In this document: piece after piece, positions 61,974-64,000 of the stretch | Numbering within the stretch: position 1 is the stretch's first letter | Layout of the letters: each line of letters begins with the position of its first letter | Origin: a bacterium | Lineage (GTDB): Bacteria; J088; JAWLBW01 | Reading direction: 5' to 3' | Length of the DNA stretch: 64,000 nt | Assembly: GCA_041690355.1 (NCBI GenBank) | Contig: JAWLHK010000011.1 | Span: forward strand, 62,001 to 126,000 | Notes under the pieces: generated by a model | What the model saw: only the letters and a program-made list of their open reading frames with translations | Databases searched by the model: none | Told to the model about the DNA's origin: nothing | Position numbers and translations under genes: made by a program

Positions 61974-62237
61974 ATGCCGATTTATGAATATCAGTGCGAG
62001 GCCAAAGGCTGCGGGCACGTGTTTGACGCGCTGCAGAAATTCAGTGACGCGCCGATCTCGGTCTGCCCCAAGTGCAAGAAGAAGAAGGTGAAGAAGCTCG
62101 TCTCGGCCTCGGCCTTCGTGCTCAAGGGGAGCGGCTGGTATCAGACCGACATCGCCCGCAAGGAGAAGGCCCGCAAGGGCGAGAAGACGTCCGACGCCGG
62201 CGAGGCCCCGTCGACCAAGGAGCCGGCCGCCGTCTGA
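61974..62237 (+). CDS. FmdB-family zinc-ribbon protein
   Basis: MPIYEYQC....C, CPKC, F.LKGSGWY.TD, charged tail; AAGGAG RBS. Confidence 0.92.
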   Translation: MPIYEYQCEAKGCGHVFDALQKFSDAPISVCPKCKKKKVKKLVSASAFVLKGSGWYQTDIARKEKARKGEKTSDAGEAPSTKEPAAV

Positions 62238-62278
62238 GCGGAGAGCGCACGTTTCCGGAATTTCCGATTCCGCCCCTC

Positions 62279-62304
62279 GCGCCCGGCAGCCCCGGGCGCT
62301 TTTT
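62279..62304 (+). terminator. Intrinsic terminator
   Basis: GCGCCCGG / CCGGGCGC stem plus TTTTT. Confidence 0.7.
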
Positions 62305-62329
62305 GTATCCGCGGATGCCGGCTGGGGCG

Positions 62330-62731
62330 TCAGTTGGGGAGGGTACCCTGGCGCACGGTGAGCAGCTCGTCGACGCGCCCGCGCAGGGCGGCCAGGCTGA
62401 ACGGCTTCACGATGTAATCTTCGGCCTGGGCCAGCCCGCGCCGGATGTCTTCCTGGCCCGCGCGCGCCGACATCATGACGACGGGAATGTCACGCGTGGC
62501 CGGATTTTCCTTGAGCAATTCGCAGAGGCGGAACCCGTCGACCCAGCTCATCATGACGTCGAGCAGGATCAGGTCGGCCCTGAGCAGTCCCACGTCGCGC
62601 ACCAGGCTGAGCGGCGACATGCAGACGCCCACTTCATAGCCGACGGCCTCGAAGAAGGTACGCAACATCTGACAGATGCTCTCATCGTCGTCGACGATAA
62701 GAATCCGTGGCTTCCGGGGAAGCGAGGTCAT
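62330..62731 (-). CDS. Single-domain response regulator
   Basis: IVDDD, LLDVMM, MSA, VKPF. Confidence 0.9.
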   Translation of the reverse strand: MTSLPRKPRILIVDDDESICQMLRTFFEAVGYEVGVCMSPLSLVRDVGLLRADLILLDVMMSWVDGFRLCELLKENPATRDIPVVMMSARAGQEDIRRGLAQAEDYIVKPFSLAALRGRVDELLTVRQGTLPN

Positions 62732-62825
62732 ACGACAAAATCCCGTTGTGGCAGGGTATGGAAGAAGTTCCCGGTCGGATGGTAGCGAAGCTGCAACGCG
62801 CGGCGGGGAACTCTCTGTTGCCCCC

Positions 62826-62855
62826 AGTCTAAAACGATTGCTCGGCCGAAGTCAA
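62826..62855 (-). promoter_or_regulatory. Sigma-70-type promoter for the response regulator
   Basis: TTGACT-N18-TAGACT on the minus strand. Confidence 0.5.
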
Positions 62856-62951
62856 TCGCGAAACGTGACGCAGCGGTCACGATTTTCTGACGCATTGCGT
62901 TTCGAGAAGAATCTGTCCCAAAAAGCGCAGAACCGGCTTCAAGCGGCGGGC

Positions 62952-63644
62952 TCAGGCGCCCCCGGTCAGATCCTGCAACAACGTATCCATCTGCCGGTTC
63001 ATGACCGCGAAGCGCGTCGGAGCCCCCGCGCGGATTTCGGCCTCGTGCTGGACATACCGGCCCGGAATCAGTTCGCCGCGCCCGTTCGCGAGCATGTCTT
63101 CGAGCCCCGCCGGGGTCGTCTCGAGATGAAACTGCAGGCCGACCACCCGGCGACCGAGGCGAAACGCCTGGTTGCGGCAGGCATCGCTCTCGGCCAGGCG
63201 CACGGCTCCGGGGGGCAGGTCGAAGGTTTCGCCGTGCCAGTGAAAGACATCGAGCGTATCGGGGAGACGCCAGCCGCCCGCGGGCGCCGTATCAACGGAC
63301 CGCACCGGAAACCACCCGATCTCCTTCTGCCCGTTCGGGGCGACGCGGGCCCCCAGGGCCGCCGCGATGAGCTGCGCCCCCAGACAGATGCCGAGCACCG
63401 CCTTGCCGAGACCGATGGCTTCGGCGACGAAGCGTTTCTCGGCGGCGAGCCAGGCATGCGCGGCCTCGTCGTTGACGCTCATCGGACCGCCCAGGATGAC
63501 GAGGAGATCCAGGTGCGCCGGTTCGGGGAGCGAATCGGATTCGAAGAATGCCGTCCGCGTGACCTGCCAGCCCCCCGCGGTCAGCCACGCGCCGATGCTG
63601 CCCGGCCCTTCGTAGGGTACATGCTGCAGGATGTGGGCGTGCAT
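62952..63644 (-). CDS. Class I glutamine amidotransferase-like protein
   Basis: LQHVPYEG, LGGPMSV, GICLGAQ, WHGETF, QFHLE. Confidence 0.92.
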   Translation of the reverse strand: MHAHILQHVPYEGPGSIGAWLTAGGWQVTRTAFFESDSLPEPAHLDLLVILGGPMSVNDEAAHAWLAAEKRFVAEAIGLGKAVLGICLGAQLIAAALGARVAPNGQKEIGWFPVRSVDTAPAGGWRLPDTLDVFHWHGETFDLPPGAVRLAESDACRNQAFRLGRRVVGLQFHLETTPAGLEDMLANGRGELIPGRYVQHEAEIRAGAPTRFAVMNRQMDTLLQDLTGGA

Positions 63645-63685
63645 GCGAACTTCCCCTTCTGGTGGACGTGAAGACTGGGCCGCCC

Positions 63686-64000
63686 TTACCGGGCCAGACG
63701 CCGCAGGTCCTGCGTGAAGCCCGGATAGGAAATGGCGACCATGTCGAAGTGAGCGATCTTGACCGGCCCCGTGGCGACCTGCGCGGCCACGGCCAGGCTC
63801 ATGGCCACGCGGTGATCGTGGTAGCTCTCGCATTCGCCGCCGCGCAGCGGTGCCCCCCCCCGGATGACCATGCCGTCGGTGAGCTCTTCGACGTCGGCGC
63901 CGAGCTTGAGCAGCTCGCTCGTCATCGCGCGGATGCGATCGGTTTCCTTGACGCGCAGCTCCTCGGCTCCCGTGATGCGCGTCTCTCCTTCGGCCTGTGT
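63686..64000 (-). CDS. aroA: EPSP synthase, C-terminal part; runs off window end
   Basis: ELRVKETDRI, DHRVAMS, ISYPGF. Confidence 0.95.
   Translation of the reverse strand, partial: TQAEGETRITGAEELRVKETDRIRAMTSELLKLGADVEELTDGMVIRGGAPLRGGECESYHDHRVAMSLAVAAQVATGPVKIAHFDMVAISYPGFTQDLRRLAR

Noticed and set aside
62864-62881. CRP binding site
   Set aside because: GTGA-TCAC spacing is 8, not 6

Overview
GC-rich bacterial chromosomal segment from a diderm organism (bamA, lolD, TonB system); gene content suggests a deltaproteobacterial/Myxococcota-like lineage, which is inference only. Mostly housekeeping genes (fbp, cysK, queG, gloA, apaG, hflX, rnhA, phoH-ybeY-corC, mazG, rpsT, lipA-alaC-hom-thrC, lolD-bamA, partial aroA, tRNA-Leu(UAA)) mixed with accessory envelope and signalling genes. 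No CRISPR array, integrase or transposase was seen. The best candidate for an undescribed system is a ~10 kb uptake locus (31.8-41.9 kb): a Vibrio TtpB/TtpC/ExbB/ExbD/TonB/TtpD-type energiser, a TonB-dependent receptor and a lipoprotein that appears circularly permuted. Both promoter regions of the locus carry the same 11-bp-periodic CGGTAAC-like direct repeats ending 10 bp before a -10 box, a Pho-box-like geometry. Other highlights: an FmdB zinc-ribbon gene with a CIRCE plus sigma70- and sigma54-like promoters, a stand-alone ClpX zinc finger next to a KaiC-like ATPase/receiver pair, a CPA2-KTN-EIIA fusion, a GGQ-less eRF1-like domain protein, paired ArsA/Get3-like ATPases, and short 7- and 8-nt repeat elements. 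All family assignments are from motif recognition by eye; no database searches were run.
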